A program made the position numbers and the translations under genes. Below are positions 1 through 8,078 of a stretch of DNA of 64,000 nt, piece after piece. The stretch's first letter is position 1. Each line of letters starts with the position of its first letter. The stretch comes from Bacteroidales bacterium (GTDB taxonomy: Bacteria > Bacteroidota > Bacteroidia > Bacteroidales > P3). Location: positions 29,269-93,268 of the forward strand of contig JAEEHQ010000036.1 of the NCBI GenBank assembly GCA_016280915.1. The letters run 5' to 3'. The notes below the pieces were generated by a model, which saw only the letters and a list, made by a program, of their open reading frames with translations, was not told the origin of the DNA and did not search any database.

Positions 1-278
1 AGTTGCAAAACCTTATAGGCCAACCCTATGACGACTATTTCCTGCCCGAGAATGGTCGCCTCTATTGCAGCGAACTGGTATATGAGTGCTTCCGCGACAG
101 CCTAGGCACGCCTCTCTTTCATGCCCAGCCAATGAATTTCTTAGCCCCTGACGGCTCATTACCTGCCTACTGGCAACATCTTTTTGACAGTCTTAGCGTT
201 GCCGTTCCTCAAGGAGTTCCCGGCACCAATCCCACCAACCTATCCCAAGAGCCAATCCTCTGCCATGTCAGTCAGTAA
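1..278 (+). CDS. YiiX-type permuted papain / NlpC-P60-like hydrolase, C-terminal fragment (5' end lies outside the window)
   Basis: The frame-3 ORF is open from the window edge to TAA at 276-278. The segment 'GRLYCSELVYECF...PMNF...YWQ...PQGVPGTNP' resembles the C-terminal half of YiiX-family putative cysteine hydrolases. Confidence 0.55.
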   Translation, partial: LQNLIGQPYDDYFLPENGRLYCSELVYECFRDSLGTPLFHAQPMNFLAPDGSLPAYWQHLFDSLSVAVPQGVPGTNPTNLSQEPILCHVSQ

Positions 279-288
279 GTACCTTGTT

Positions 289-1002
289 ATGCGAAAAACC
301 TTCTATTTCCTATTTTCTCTCACTATCGCTCTCTTTGCAAGCGCCCAGGAGCCGTTGCTCACCCCGCAACAGATGCCCAATCCCATTCATTTCTTGCCAC
401 CTCCGCCCGACACCGCCTCGGCTGCCTTTGCCTACGACCAGGCCCAGTACCATTGGGGCAAACAACAGCGGCAGGACTCCCTTCGCGCCGCCATTGCTTT
501 CTGCGATGCCAACTGGCGGATAGAATATATCTGCCAAATCTTTAGCCAGCCTTTCGGCATCGAGCTCTCCAAAGAGAACACCCCGGCCATCTACGAGATG
601 CTTTACGTCGGCCTAATTACCAACGACGGTGTTGGCCGTTTGCCCAAGGATTATTATCGGCGGACGCGTCCGTTCGTCTACTATGGCGAGTCCTCCCTAG
701 TGCCCGAAGACGAGGAAGAGCTACGAAACAATGGCTCCTATCCCTCGGGACACACCATCGAGGGTTGGAGTGCAGCCCTGCTGCTCAGCGAACTCAATCC
801 TGAGCGTGCCGACACCATTCTGGCACGGGGCTACATGTACGGTCAGAGTCGAGTGATTGCCGGCTACCATTGGCAGAGCGATGTCGATGCCGGTTATATG
901 GCAGCAAGTGCGGGAATAGCACGCCTGCATGCCGACAAATGTTTCCAACGCCTGCTGAAAAAAGCTAAGCGTGAGTATGCTTGCAAGAGCAGGCGCAGGT
1001 AG
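289..1002 (+). CDS. Class A (PAP2-family) acid phosphatase, secreted
   Basis: ATG at 289 gives the signal peptide MRKTFYFLFSLTIALFASAQE. The full PAP2 signature is present: K-x6-RP (KDYYRRTRP), PSGH (YPSGHT) and SR-x5-H-x3-D (SRVIAGYHWQSD). Confidence 0.85.
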   Translation: MRKTFYFLFSLTIALFASAQEPLLTPQQMPNPIHFLPPPPDTASAAFAYDQAQYHWGKQQRQDSLRAAIAFCDANWRIEYICQIFSQPFGIELSKENTPAIYEMLYVGLITNDGVGRLPKDYYRRTRPFVYYGESSLVPEDEEELRNNGSYPSGHTIEGWSAALLLSELNPERADTILARGYMYGQSRVIAGYHWQSDVDAGYMAASAGIARLHADKCFQRLLKKAKREYACKSRRR

Positions 1003-1069
1003 GGTGCGCAATAACCGGAGGCTTGTCGACAAAGGATTACATGAGTGCTATTTACATGCAAGTTCCCTG

Positions 1070-1861
1070 CTACTGAAGTGAATCAAGGCGGGCTTGGTAG
1101 ATTTTGGCCTCTTTGCTTTTGCCAAGACGGGTATAGGCTTGGATTAGATTACTGAGCACGTCGGGATTGTTGGGTTGGATTTTCTCGGCACGTAGCAGGT
1201 GCTTGACAGCGTTGTCGTTGTCGTTCAACAGCATATAGCTTACGGCCAGCATATTCATGGCGGCCACATCGTTGGGGAAGACCTGTATGGTGCGGTGAGC
1301 CACGAGGCGGATGCGTCCCACCATCACGCTGTCCTCAGCCGTAAGGTTCTCCAGGTTGTCAATGGTTTCAAACATGTCGAACAGATAGTCCTGCATGCCC
1401 TCCGACATCAGTTGCCGACCTTGACCTGTGAGTTCGTTGAAAGTCCATTTGTGGGCGATTTGCTGCGAGTAATCCAACGTGCGGAGAATCTCTTCCACAA
1501 AACCATCCCATTGCATTATCTGGCCTAAGAAATAAATCTTGCCAAAGCGCAACTCCAGCCGCTCGGGATAGCGTTCGATGGCCTCGTCGATAACGGCAAA
1601 ACCGCTGTCGACAATCGCCTGGTCGCGAGCGGAGAGGTCGCCGGTTTGGTCTTCGCCCATATAGTCGTTGACATAGTAATTCCAGCGGGCTATATAGAGG
1701 TCGATGTCGGTAGGTGCTGCCAGCTGCCAGTCAGCAAGGATGGCACGCTGGGCCTTGAGGTCGTTGCGGTCGAGCGCCTCGTTGAATTGGTCGGGATAAG
1801 ACTGGGCCTGAACAGCAAATAACGCCGTGATGGCAACTATCAGAGATACTAAACGTTTCAC
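1070..1861 (-). CDS. Secreted TPR-like repeat protein (hypothetical)
   Basis: The minus-strand ORF runs 1070-1936. The track start is a TTG at 1934-1936 that lies inside the MITE-like repeat. The in-frame GTG at 1859-1861 gives a clean signal peptide, (M)KRLVSLIVAITALFAVQAQ, so I prefer it. The C-terminus has a TPR-like segment '...AVKHLLRAEKIQPNNPDVLSNLIQAYTRLGKSKEA'. Confidence 0.6.
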   Translation of the reverse strand: MKRLVSLIVAITALFAVQAQSYPDQFNEALDRNDLKAQRAILADWQLAAPTDIDLYIARWNYYVNDYMGEDQTGDLSARDQAIVDSGFAVIDEAIERYPERLELRFGKIYFLGQIMQWDGFVEEILRTLDYSQQIAHKWTFNELTGQGRQLMSEGMQDYLFDMFETIDNLENLTAEDSVMVGRIRLVAHRTIQVFPNDVAAMNMLAVSYMLLNDNDNAVKHLLRAEKIQPNNPDVLSNLIQAYTRLGKSKEAKIYQARLDSLQ

Positions 1862-1909
1862 ATCTTTTGTATTAAGTAATAACGATAAAACTTGAACTGG
1901 TTGTTCTTT

Positions 1910-2177
1910 AAGGTGGGTTCTATAAAATGCTTTCAATCGATTTTGTTCTTATAACGAGCAGATTTCCGTGCGGAAGGAGGAATCAGCGTTTCGCAAAGCG
2001 AGCGCAAAAGATGCTTGTGTCTTTTGTCGAGCCAGAGAAACGTCAGCGAAGCTAATGTGGCGCGTTGTAACCGATGACAATCGGAAAGATGCCGAAATAA
2101 GGGCAAAGGCGCTGAAAAATTTAAGTACACTCATATTTATTATTGTTTTTATAATTTGGAATTTTAAAACCCACCTT
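1910..2177 (-). repeat. MITE-like repeat, copy 1 (inverted relative to copy 2 at 60622-60880)
   Basis: The element is bounded by AAGGTGGGTTCTATAAA (1910-1926) and the inverse-oriented AAAACCCACCTT (2166-2177). Its reverse complement aligns by eye along its whole length with 60622-60880, with scattered substitutions and one indel of about 12 nt. The internal ORFs differ in frame between copies, so it is non-coding. Confidence 0.8.
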
Positions 2178-2305
2178 TATATAACGCAATTTCACTTTTT
2201 TTATTATTTCCTCCTCGTGCAATTGAATGTGATAGGGGGGATTTCTTTGTTTCAAGAAAGAGAATTTGTAAAATGCACATTTTGTTTTTGAAGACAATAA
2301 TAAAG

Positions 2306-2336
2306 ACCCATCCTATGTTCACTACACAGGATGGGT
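2306..2336 (-). terminator. Hairpin downstream of the ECF-sigma operon
   Basis: ACCCATCCT (2306-2314) pairs with AGGATGGGT (2328-2336). On the minus strand a T/A-rich run follows. The hairpin lies about 60 nt past the stop codon at 2397. Confidence 0.45.
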
Positions 2337-2396
2337 GGGTACATTACGCTTGTTCTGATAGTATTCTGTCTGGTTGTCGAAGGCTTTCGATGACTG

Positions 2397-3191
2397 CTAT
2401 CGGGCTGTTTCAGTTGTGTCAAGTGGGGAAAACATCAACGCTCCACCAATAGGTACGTTGTTGGAACCCATGGGGAGTGTGCTGGTATAATCCAAGGTGA
2501 GCACTCGGCCAGTGGGGTCGTAGGAGAAAGGATACTCTATTCCATAGATGTTGATGCTGCCTGTATGAGAGGTAGTATCGTACTGCCAAAAATGGGACCT
2601 CCCACCACAATAACTTCCCCCACAACAAGATAATTGTCCACCCCAGCCATATTCCCAAAAGTCAAGGCGCCAAGTTACGTACATAACCGAGTCGCCCACC
2701 GCTATTTGTTGGTTGGCACCCCAGATGGTGTTTACGGGGAAGGCGACAGGAGGAGTCTCGCCTGCAGGATACAGTAGGGTGGTACCGCCCAGAACTGTTG
2801 AGGTGTGGCCATTCCCCACTTCTACGATAAGTTCGGCTTGTATTGTCCGTGAATCAATATCATAAACAAATTGAATAGGGTTGTGGCCTTGAGGGAAGAT
2901 GGTGCCGCTGACGCCATTGAAGGTGTAATTGAACAAGGCGGTTTGCGTTGGCTGTGGGTTGGCTGCCACCACACAATCAATCTGAACCTCACCAGTGCTG
3001 TCTGTGAGGAAATGAAAGGTCCAAGTGATGGTAAGAGGGCTGTTTTGAAAATCACCGTCGTAGCCTCCCACCCACGACGTTTGTGCCAAAGAGGTTACAG
3101 TCGGATGATGGGGTTCAGGTTGTGGCTCTGGTTCTTTTGTACATGCAGCAACAATCATTATTGCCGACAAGATAATTGCAAATCTTTTCAT
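2397..3191 (-). CDS. Lipoprotein, hypothetical (last gene of the ECF-sigma operon)
   Basis: ATG at 3189-3191 gives MKRFAIILSAIMIVAAC, a lipobox. The ATG overlaps the upstream gene's TGA (ATGA at 3188-3191). An unusual Gly/Cys/Trp-rich segment, 'FWEYGWGGQLSCCGGSYCGGRSHFWQYD', is present. Confidence 0.65.
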   Translation of the reverse strand: MKRFAIILSAIMIVAACTKEPEPQPEPHHPTVTSLAQTSWVGGYDGDFQNSPLTITWTFHFLTDSTGEVQIDCVVAANPQPTQTALFNYTFNGVSGTIFPQGHNPIQFVYDIDSRTIQAELIVEVGNGHTSTVLGGTTLLYPAGETPPVAFPVNTIWGANQQIAVGDSVMYVTWRLDFWEYGWGGQLSCCGGSYCGGRSHFWQYDTTSHTGSINIYGIEYPFSYDPTGRVLTLDYTSTLPMGSNNVPIGGALMFSPLDTTETAR

Positions 3192-3820
3192 TGTGATATT
3201 GTATTTAGTATTTGATTCTTTTCGTCTTCGGTATTGTAAAAGAAGAGCCAAAGGGTAAGCGACTTACTGTCGTCATGGACAATGTATCCATGATGTCCGT
3301 TCTTGATGGTGCTTTGCATCAATGTCATTTGCTCGTTTGGACACGACGAGCTATAGGAAACCGACGAGTCCACCAGCACGCCATGATCCAAGGTCATCCG
3401 ACGCGTAATGGAAAAGGCCGTGTCGACATTCCAACGAACAAGTGAGTCCATCTGTATATGTTCCAGTATGTTGCTGTCATTTCCCAACAATTCTTTTAGC
3501 GACTGAAGGTCTTTTACCGTACGGCTCTTCACGTTTCCAACTGTTAGGCTCGACACCCTTGTGGAATCCAAGGCTGCAGCATCCACATGCTTGCCCACGC
3601 CAAATTCCTCACATAGTTCAAGCCATCCCTCAGCGTCTGGGGCCTGCAGCATAACGGCGTTGTAGCCTTGATAGTCGCCTATCATGGCCACCGTAAGGTC
3701 CTCTCGCTGGGCATATAGCTGGTAGACATCTTTGGCTGCTGAAGTGGCTGCGGGCAACGCTGGTTCCCGCTGGCAGCAAACCAACATCATTAGTAACATA
3801 GGGAGTAATACTTTTTTCAT
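3188..3820 (-). CDS. Lipoprotein, hypothetical
   Basis: The N-terminus MKKVLLPMLLMMLVCC is a signal peptide plus lipobox. Start and stop are coupled by ATGA overlaps at both ends (3817-3820 and 3188-3191). Confidence 0.65.
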   Translation of the reverse strand: MKKVLLPMLLMMLVCCQREPALPAATSAAKDVYQLYAQREDLTVAMIGDYQGYNAVMLQAPDAEGWLELCEEFGVGKHVDAAALDSTRVSSLTVGNVKSRTVKDLQSLKELLGNDSNILEHIQMDSLVRWNVDTAFSITRRMTLDHGVLVDSSVSYSSSCPNEQMTLMQSTIKNGHHGYIVHDDSKSLTLWLFFYNTEDEKNQILNTISQ

Positions 3821-4155
3821 CTAATCATGGTTTTAAAAGTTTCTAAAGTACTCTCGGGCGTACATCCGTTATTGCAGGCGAAATAGAAATGCTCTCCTTC
3901 TATGTTCACCCGTTCCAAGTCGCTCTGGTGCACATGCAAGAGCAACACCATTGGAACAATTACGGCAGCCAAGCAGGCCGCTGCGGCTATGGCTGACCAA
4001 TGCCTGCTTTTGTGTGCAACCCTTGGGTGGTGCTCTCTGGTGGTGTTCCAAACCACGCTGCGTATCTCTTTGTCCAACTCCTTATCGTTGTAGGGATAAT
4101 GTATGTTCTTTAACTCGCTGCTGTATTGTTCCAGCTTTCTGTCAAATTCTCTCAT
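3817..4155 (-). CDS. Putative anti-sigma factor (single-pass membrane protein)
   Basis: A 112-aa ORF starts 2 nt after the ECF sigma gene's stop codon. It has one hydrophobic helix (WSAIAAAACLAAVIVPMVLLL). The assignment rests on position and topology only. Confidence 0.5.
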   Translation of the reverse strand: MREFDRKLEQYSSELKNIHYPYNDKELDKEIRSVVWNTTREHHPRVAHKSRHWSAIAAAACLAAVIVPMVLLLHVHQSDLERVNIEGEHFYFACNNGCTPESTLETFKTMIR

Positions 4156-4157
4156 GA

Positions 4158-4631
4158 CTATTTGTGATTATACTGTTTGCGTAATTTTCGGAGGGTGCGT
4201 GTTAGGCGCATGCTCACGGCCGCCACGCTCAACCCAGTTATTTGAGCTATCTCCTTATATCCATACCCCTGCACGTGTGCCTTGATGATAGTTTGGTTTG
4301 GCTCGGGAGTGGCCTCAATTAGTTCCACTAAGTCGCGATAGTCGTCATCGCGGTAGCTGGGGTTATAGGAGGCGGGTGCCGGCATGGTGGGTTGATTGCT
4401 TCTCTTCCGTGCCAACGAAATCACCGTATTGGTAGCCACACGATAAACCCAAGTACTTTCATTACTCCGCCCATCAAATTCCCCATAACCCCGCCAAAGG
4501 TCGCACAGTACTTCGTGGAAAACGTCCTCAGTCGTCCATGCGGCACTCAGCCGATAGCTGCTGCATACACGCCAAATCAAGTCGCGTTGACGGTGTATCA
4601 GGTCTCTAAATGTCTTTTCGTCCACTTCCAT
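4158..4631 (-). CDS. ECF-type RNA polymerase sigma-70 family factor
   Basis: Region 2-like sequence 'FHEVLCDLWRGYGEF...ESTWVYRVATNTVISLARKR' and region 4 helix-turn-helix 'GYGYKEIAQITGLSVAAVSMRLTRTLRKLR'. Confidence 0.9.
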   Translation of the reverse strand: MEVDEKTFRDLIHRQRDLIWRVCSSYRLSAAWTTEDVFHEVLCDLWRGYGEFDGRSNESTWVYRVATNTVISLARKRSNQPTMPAPASYNPSYRDDDYRDLVELIEATPEPNQTIIKAHVQGYGYKEIAQITGLSVAAVSMRLTRTLRKLRKQYNHK

Positions 4632-4817
4632 GTCTTGAAAACGGTTCGTGTTTAATTTTATTACGCTCTATTAGACGCTGTGAGGAGGCAAATCACAACA
4701 TGAACGTGCCTCTTTTTGTCACAAAAACTTGCGCACAATAATACTCATCCACATCTGTGCACCAATAGAAATAGGTGAAATAATGCGGCAAAGAGTCGAT
4801 GAAACGTTTTTTTTTCG

Positions 4818-4825
4818 TACTTTTG
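4818..4825 (+). promoter_or_regulatory. Bacteroidota -7 promoter motif TAnnTTTG (TACTTTTG), 4 nt upstream of the ATG
   Basis: Exact TAnnTTTG match. The same 23-nt context, TTCGTACTTTTGCA(A/G)CATGAAA, recurs before cinA at 15353-15375. Confidence 0.5.
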
Positions 4826-4829
4826 CAAC

Positions 4830-6668
4830 ATGAAATATCTCCTCCTCACACCTCCGCTGACGCAGCTCAACACACCCTACCCGGCCACTACCGTGCTCAA
4901 AGGCTACCTTCAGGCGCAAGGCTACGCCGTGGCTCAGGCTGACTTGGGCATTGAGCTGATTGACCGCATATACAGCCAAGAATGGCTCAGCCAGTATGCT
5001 GAAGGTGTTGAGAATGCAGAGGAGAAGGCCTATCTGCTGCGGTGTTGCGACAGGGTGGAGGCTGTGATGAGGTTTCTACGTGGTTTGGACAACACCTTGG
5101 CCCCGCGTATTGCCAACCGTAGCTTCCTGCCCGAAGGCCCTCGCTTCCGCCAACTGGCCGACATGGAATGGGCTTTTGGCACCTCGGGCACAGAGGATAA
5201 GGCGCGCTATTTGGCCACCCTCTTTGTTGAAGACATGGCTGATTATATCCGAGAGCACACCGATGAGAATTTCGACCTCATCCGCTATGCCGAACAGATT
5301 GCCAATTTCGCCCCCACTTTCGACGAGATTGAGGCCTCACTCAATGCCCCCGAAACCATTATAGACAAGTTGATGCTGTCCTTGCTGCAGCAGCATTTGA
5401 TGCAAGAGAAGCCCGACATAGTGGCTTTCACCATTCCTTTTCCGGGTTGTCTCTATGGCGCTCTTCGATGCGGTCGCTACATCAAGGACCACACCCAGGC
5501 ACATGTCAACCTCGGTGGCGGATTTGTCAACACCGAGTGGCGACAAATGAGTGACCGACGCATTTTCAACTATTGCCATTCTATCAGCTTCGACGATGGC
5601 GAACTGCCCCTGCAACGGCTGGCCGAGGTGCTGGAAGGCAAGGTCGATACCAATCAACTGGTGCGCACCATCACCCTTGAGCAACCCACTTTGATCCCTT
5701 CTGACGAAAATGTTCCGTTCGGCAACCTGCCCGCCCCCGACTTCGAGGGGTTGCCGCTTGAAAAATATATTTCCATGGCCGACATGACCAACCCCATGCA
5801 ACGGATATGGAGTCAAGGCCGTTGGAACAAAATGATGATGGCTCACGGCTGCTACTGGCACCGCTGCGCCTTCTGCGACACTCGGCTTGATTATATCGGT
5901 CGTTACGATGCCCCTACTGCCGTCACGGTGGTGGATCGCATGGAGCGGGTGATGGAACAGACAGGCATCAGCGGATTCCATTTTGTCGACGAGGCCCTAC
6001 CGCCCAAACTGCTGAGGGAGGTGTGCGAGGAGATTATCCGCCGCCATTTGTCGCTCAGTTTCTGGGGCAATGTGCGCTTCGAGAAGGCTTATACCGAGGA
6101 ACTCTGCGACCGTCTCTCTGATGCCGGATGCATAGCTGTAAGCGGCGGCTTGGAGGTGGCTTCCAACCGACTGCTGAAACTCATCAACAAAGGGGTCAGC
6201 ATCGAGCAGGCACGCCAGGTATTCAGCCATTTCCGCCAGAGCGGCATCATGGTGCACGCCTATCTCATGTATGGCTTCCCCACAGAGACCTTAGAGGAAA
6301 CCCTTGAGGCACTCGACACCGTTCGGCAGATGTTCGACCAAGGACTCATACAGAGCGCCTTCTGGCATCGCTACGCCATGACCTGTCACAGTCCTTCGGG
6401 CTTTGAACCAGAGCTATATGGAGCTCGACGCACAACCTTGCAGCCCCATCCTTTCTGCAATAATGAGGTGGATTGGGAGGCGCTGAGCAATCCCCATTAC
6501 CCATCCGAGAATAACAACAACCAGTTCGATTACGACATAGCCGAGGTGGGACGTGGACTTAGCTTGGCTACCTACAACTACATGAATGGTTTGGGATTGG
6601 AACAGCCCATTCGGTCGTGGTTTCCCGGCATCCGATTTCCCAAGCAAAAGAAACACCATAAGAAATGA
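4830..6668 (+). CDS. B12-binding-domain radical SAM protein
   Basis: The N-terminal 'LLLTPPLTQLNTPYPATTVLKGYLQAQGY' is like the B12-binding domain of class B radical SAM enzymes. The Cys triad 'CYWHRCAFC' fits the radical SAM cluster motif. Confidence 0.8.
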   Translation: MKYLLLTPPLTQLNTPYPATTVLKGYLQAQGYAVAQADLGIELIDRIYSQEWLSQYAEGVENAEEKAYLLRCCDRVEAVMRFLRGLDNTLAPRIANRSFLPEGPRFRQLADMEWAFGTSGTEDKARYLATLFVEDMADYIREHTDENFDLIRYAEQIANFAPTFDEIEASLNAPETIIDKLMLSLLQQHLMQEKPDIVAFTIPFPGCLYGALRCGRYIKDHTQAHVNLGGGFVNTEWRQMSDRRIFNYCHSISFDDGELPLQRLAEVLEGKVDTNQLVRTITLEQPTLIPSDENVPFGNLPAPDFEGLPLEKYISMADMTNPMQRIWSQGRWNKMMMAHGCYWHRCAFCDTRLDYIGRYDAPTAVTVVDRMERVMEQTGISGFHFVDEALPPKLLREVCEEIIRRHLSLSFWGNVRFEKAYTEELCDRLSDAGCIAVSGGLEVASNRLLKLINKGVSIEQARQVFSHFRQSGIMVHAYLMYGFPTETLEETLEALDTVRQMFDQGLIQSAFWHRYAMTCHSPSGFEPELYGARRTTLQPHPFCNNEVDWEALSNPHYPSENNNNQFDYDIAEVGRGLSLATYNYMNGLGLEQPIRSWFPGIRFPKQKKHHKK

Positions 6669-7192
6669 AATCCGGAGAAAAACCCAAAAGAAGGAACTGG
6701 CTGGCCGAGTTGATAGTGGCTCTGATGGCTTGTTGCTGCCTGCTGGTTTATTTCTACCCTGGCCAAAACAACAGACTTTACTGCATAGAGGGGCATGAGA
6801 GCCCTGATGGCTATTATGAAACGCAGGGTATCTTCCCCGGTTCGCAGATTTTCATGAACAGGTGCTACCGAGTGGTCAAACTGACCCAACAACCCACCCG
6901 ATTCCTGTTAGATATGGAAATGCCTGGGTATTACACACAAGGCCACCCCCTACGTCTCTGGATTCTCCTCAAAGACCACCAACGCATTCAGGACAACCCC
7001 GACCTCACCGTAATGGTTTTTGCCCTCGAAGTCTTCAACTCCGACACTCAACAATGGACACGCTACACCCCCGAACACCCACGCGGCAACGGTCTCTTCC
7101 TTGCCGCAGGCATTGTGCTTGTCATTCTTTTTCTTGTCATGGGGATAAACAAGCTTTGCTTTACAAGTTCCGTTTCCACTGGGCGTACTTGA
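6665..7192 (+). CDS. Small membrane protein, hypothetical (translationally coupled to the radical SAM gene)
   Basis: ATGA start/stop overlap at 6665-6668. There is an N-terminal hydrophobic helix (LAELIVALMACCCLLVYFY) and a C-terminal one (LFLAAGIVLVILFLVMGI). Confidence 0.5.
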   Translation: MKSGEKPKRRNWLAELIVALMACCCLLVYFYPGQNNRLYCIEGHESPDGYYETQGIFPGSQIFMNRCYRVVKLTQQPTRFLLDMEMPGYYTQGHPLRLWILLKDHQRIQDNPDLTVMVFALEVFNSDTQQWTRYTPEHPRGNGLFLAAGIVLVILFLVMGINKLCFTSSVSTGRT

Positions 7193-8060
7193 TGCGGTTC
7201 AGGGCGCTGTGTTTGGTTGCTTTTTTGAATGTTTTTTCGTCGGCTGAGGGGAGCGCCTCCAGTTCTTGTTTGTGCTCTTCGGTCAGCTCATACCGCACCA
7301 TGGCTTGTTGGTTGTAGGGACATACCAACTGGCAGCAGTCGCAGCCGAAGGCGTAACCGGATAGCTGGATGCCGTCGGGCAGTTGCTCGGCTCGGTTTTC
7401 AATGGTGTGGTAGGAGGCACAACGGCGGGCATCTACCTGGGTGCCCACACGGGGCAAAGGGCTGGAGACGATGGCATGGTTGGGACAAGCATGTACACAC
7501 AGTTTGCAATCGCTACAGCCGTTTTTCATTGGGGTGTCGTAGTGGTCGGCTTCGAAGGTCGTGACCAACTCGCCGATATAGCAGTAGGAGCCCAGCTTGG
7601 GATTGACCAGCAAGGTGTTTTTTCCACGCCAGCCAAGACCGGCCTGAACGGCCCAATATTTGTCGCTGATGGGGGCGGTGTCCACAAAAGGGCGCGCCTC
7701 CAATTGGGGATAGTTTTCTTTGAGCTGGGAAAGCAACTGATAGAGCATCCGCTTCATCCTTTCATGATAATCCTCGCCGTAGGCATATTGGGCAATCTGG
7801 TGTGTTCCCTGCATCCGAGCCGAAGGCTTATAACCCAACAGTACCGAGATGACTGACTTGGCTCCAGGAAACAGCAAGGTGGGGTCATAGCGTTTGTCTA
7901 CATGCTCCTCCATATAATGCATATCGGCCTGCCTACCGTCGGCCAGCCATTCCCGCAGGTCCCACTCGTCACTGGGTATAGATGCAGCAGCAGCGATGCC
8001 GCAGGCATCAAAGCCTACCAGCATCGCTGCTTCCTTTATCAGTTGTGCGTCAAGCGTCAT
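7161..8060 (-). CDS. queG: tRNA epoxyqueuosine(34) reductase
   Basis: Ferredoxin-type Cys clusters 'CSDCKLCVHACPNHAI' and 'CDCCQLVCPYN', together with the conserved N-terminal 'GFDACGIA' and 'YAYGEDYH' blocks typical of QueG. Confidence 0.88.
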   Translation of the reverse strand: MTLDAQLIKEAAMLVGFDACGIAAAASIPSDEWDLREWLADGRQADMHYMEEHVDKRYDPTLLFPGAKSVISVLLGYKPSARMQGTHQIAQYAYGEDYHERMKRMLYQLLSQLKENYPQLEARPFVDTAPISDKYWAVQAGLGWRGKNTLLVNPKLGSYCYIGELVTTFEADHYDTPMKNGCSDCKLCVHACPNHAIVSSPLPRVGTQVDARRCASYHTIENRAEQLPDGIQLSGYAFGCDCCQLVCPYNQQAMVRYELTEEHKQELEALPSADEKTFKKATKHSALNRIKYAQWKRNL

Positions 8061-8078
8061 CGGATAGCACGTTTTAGG

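Noticed and set aside
184-288. Upstream extension of the acid phosphatase ORF, overlapping the YiiX-like gene. Similar long N-terminal extensions exist for 31198-32793, 55686-57392, 59059-60660 and 2397-3251.
   Set aside because: In each case an internal ATG gives a proper signal peptide or the family-typical N-terminus. The extension covers a neighbouring gene or contains the TAnnTTTG promoter motif.
1933-2134. Short ORFs inside the MITE-like repeat (1933-2130, 1949-2134, 1968-2291 and 60670-60870).
   Set aside because: The two element copies differ by indels, so the reading frames are not conserved. 'MSVLKFFSAFALISASFRLS' continues differently in each copy. The element is non-coding.
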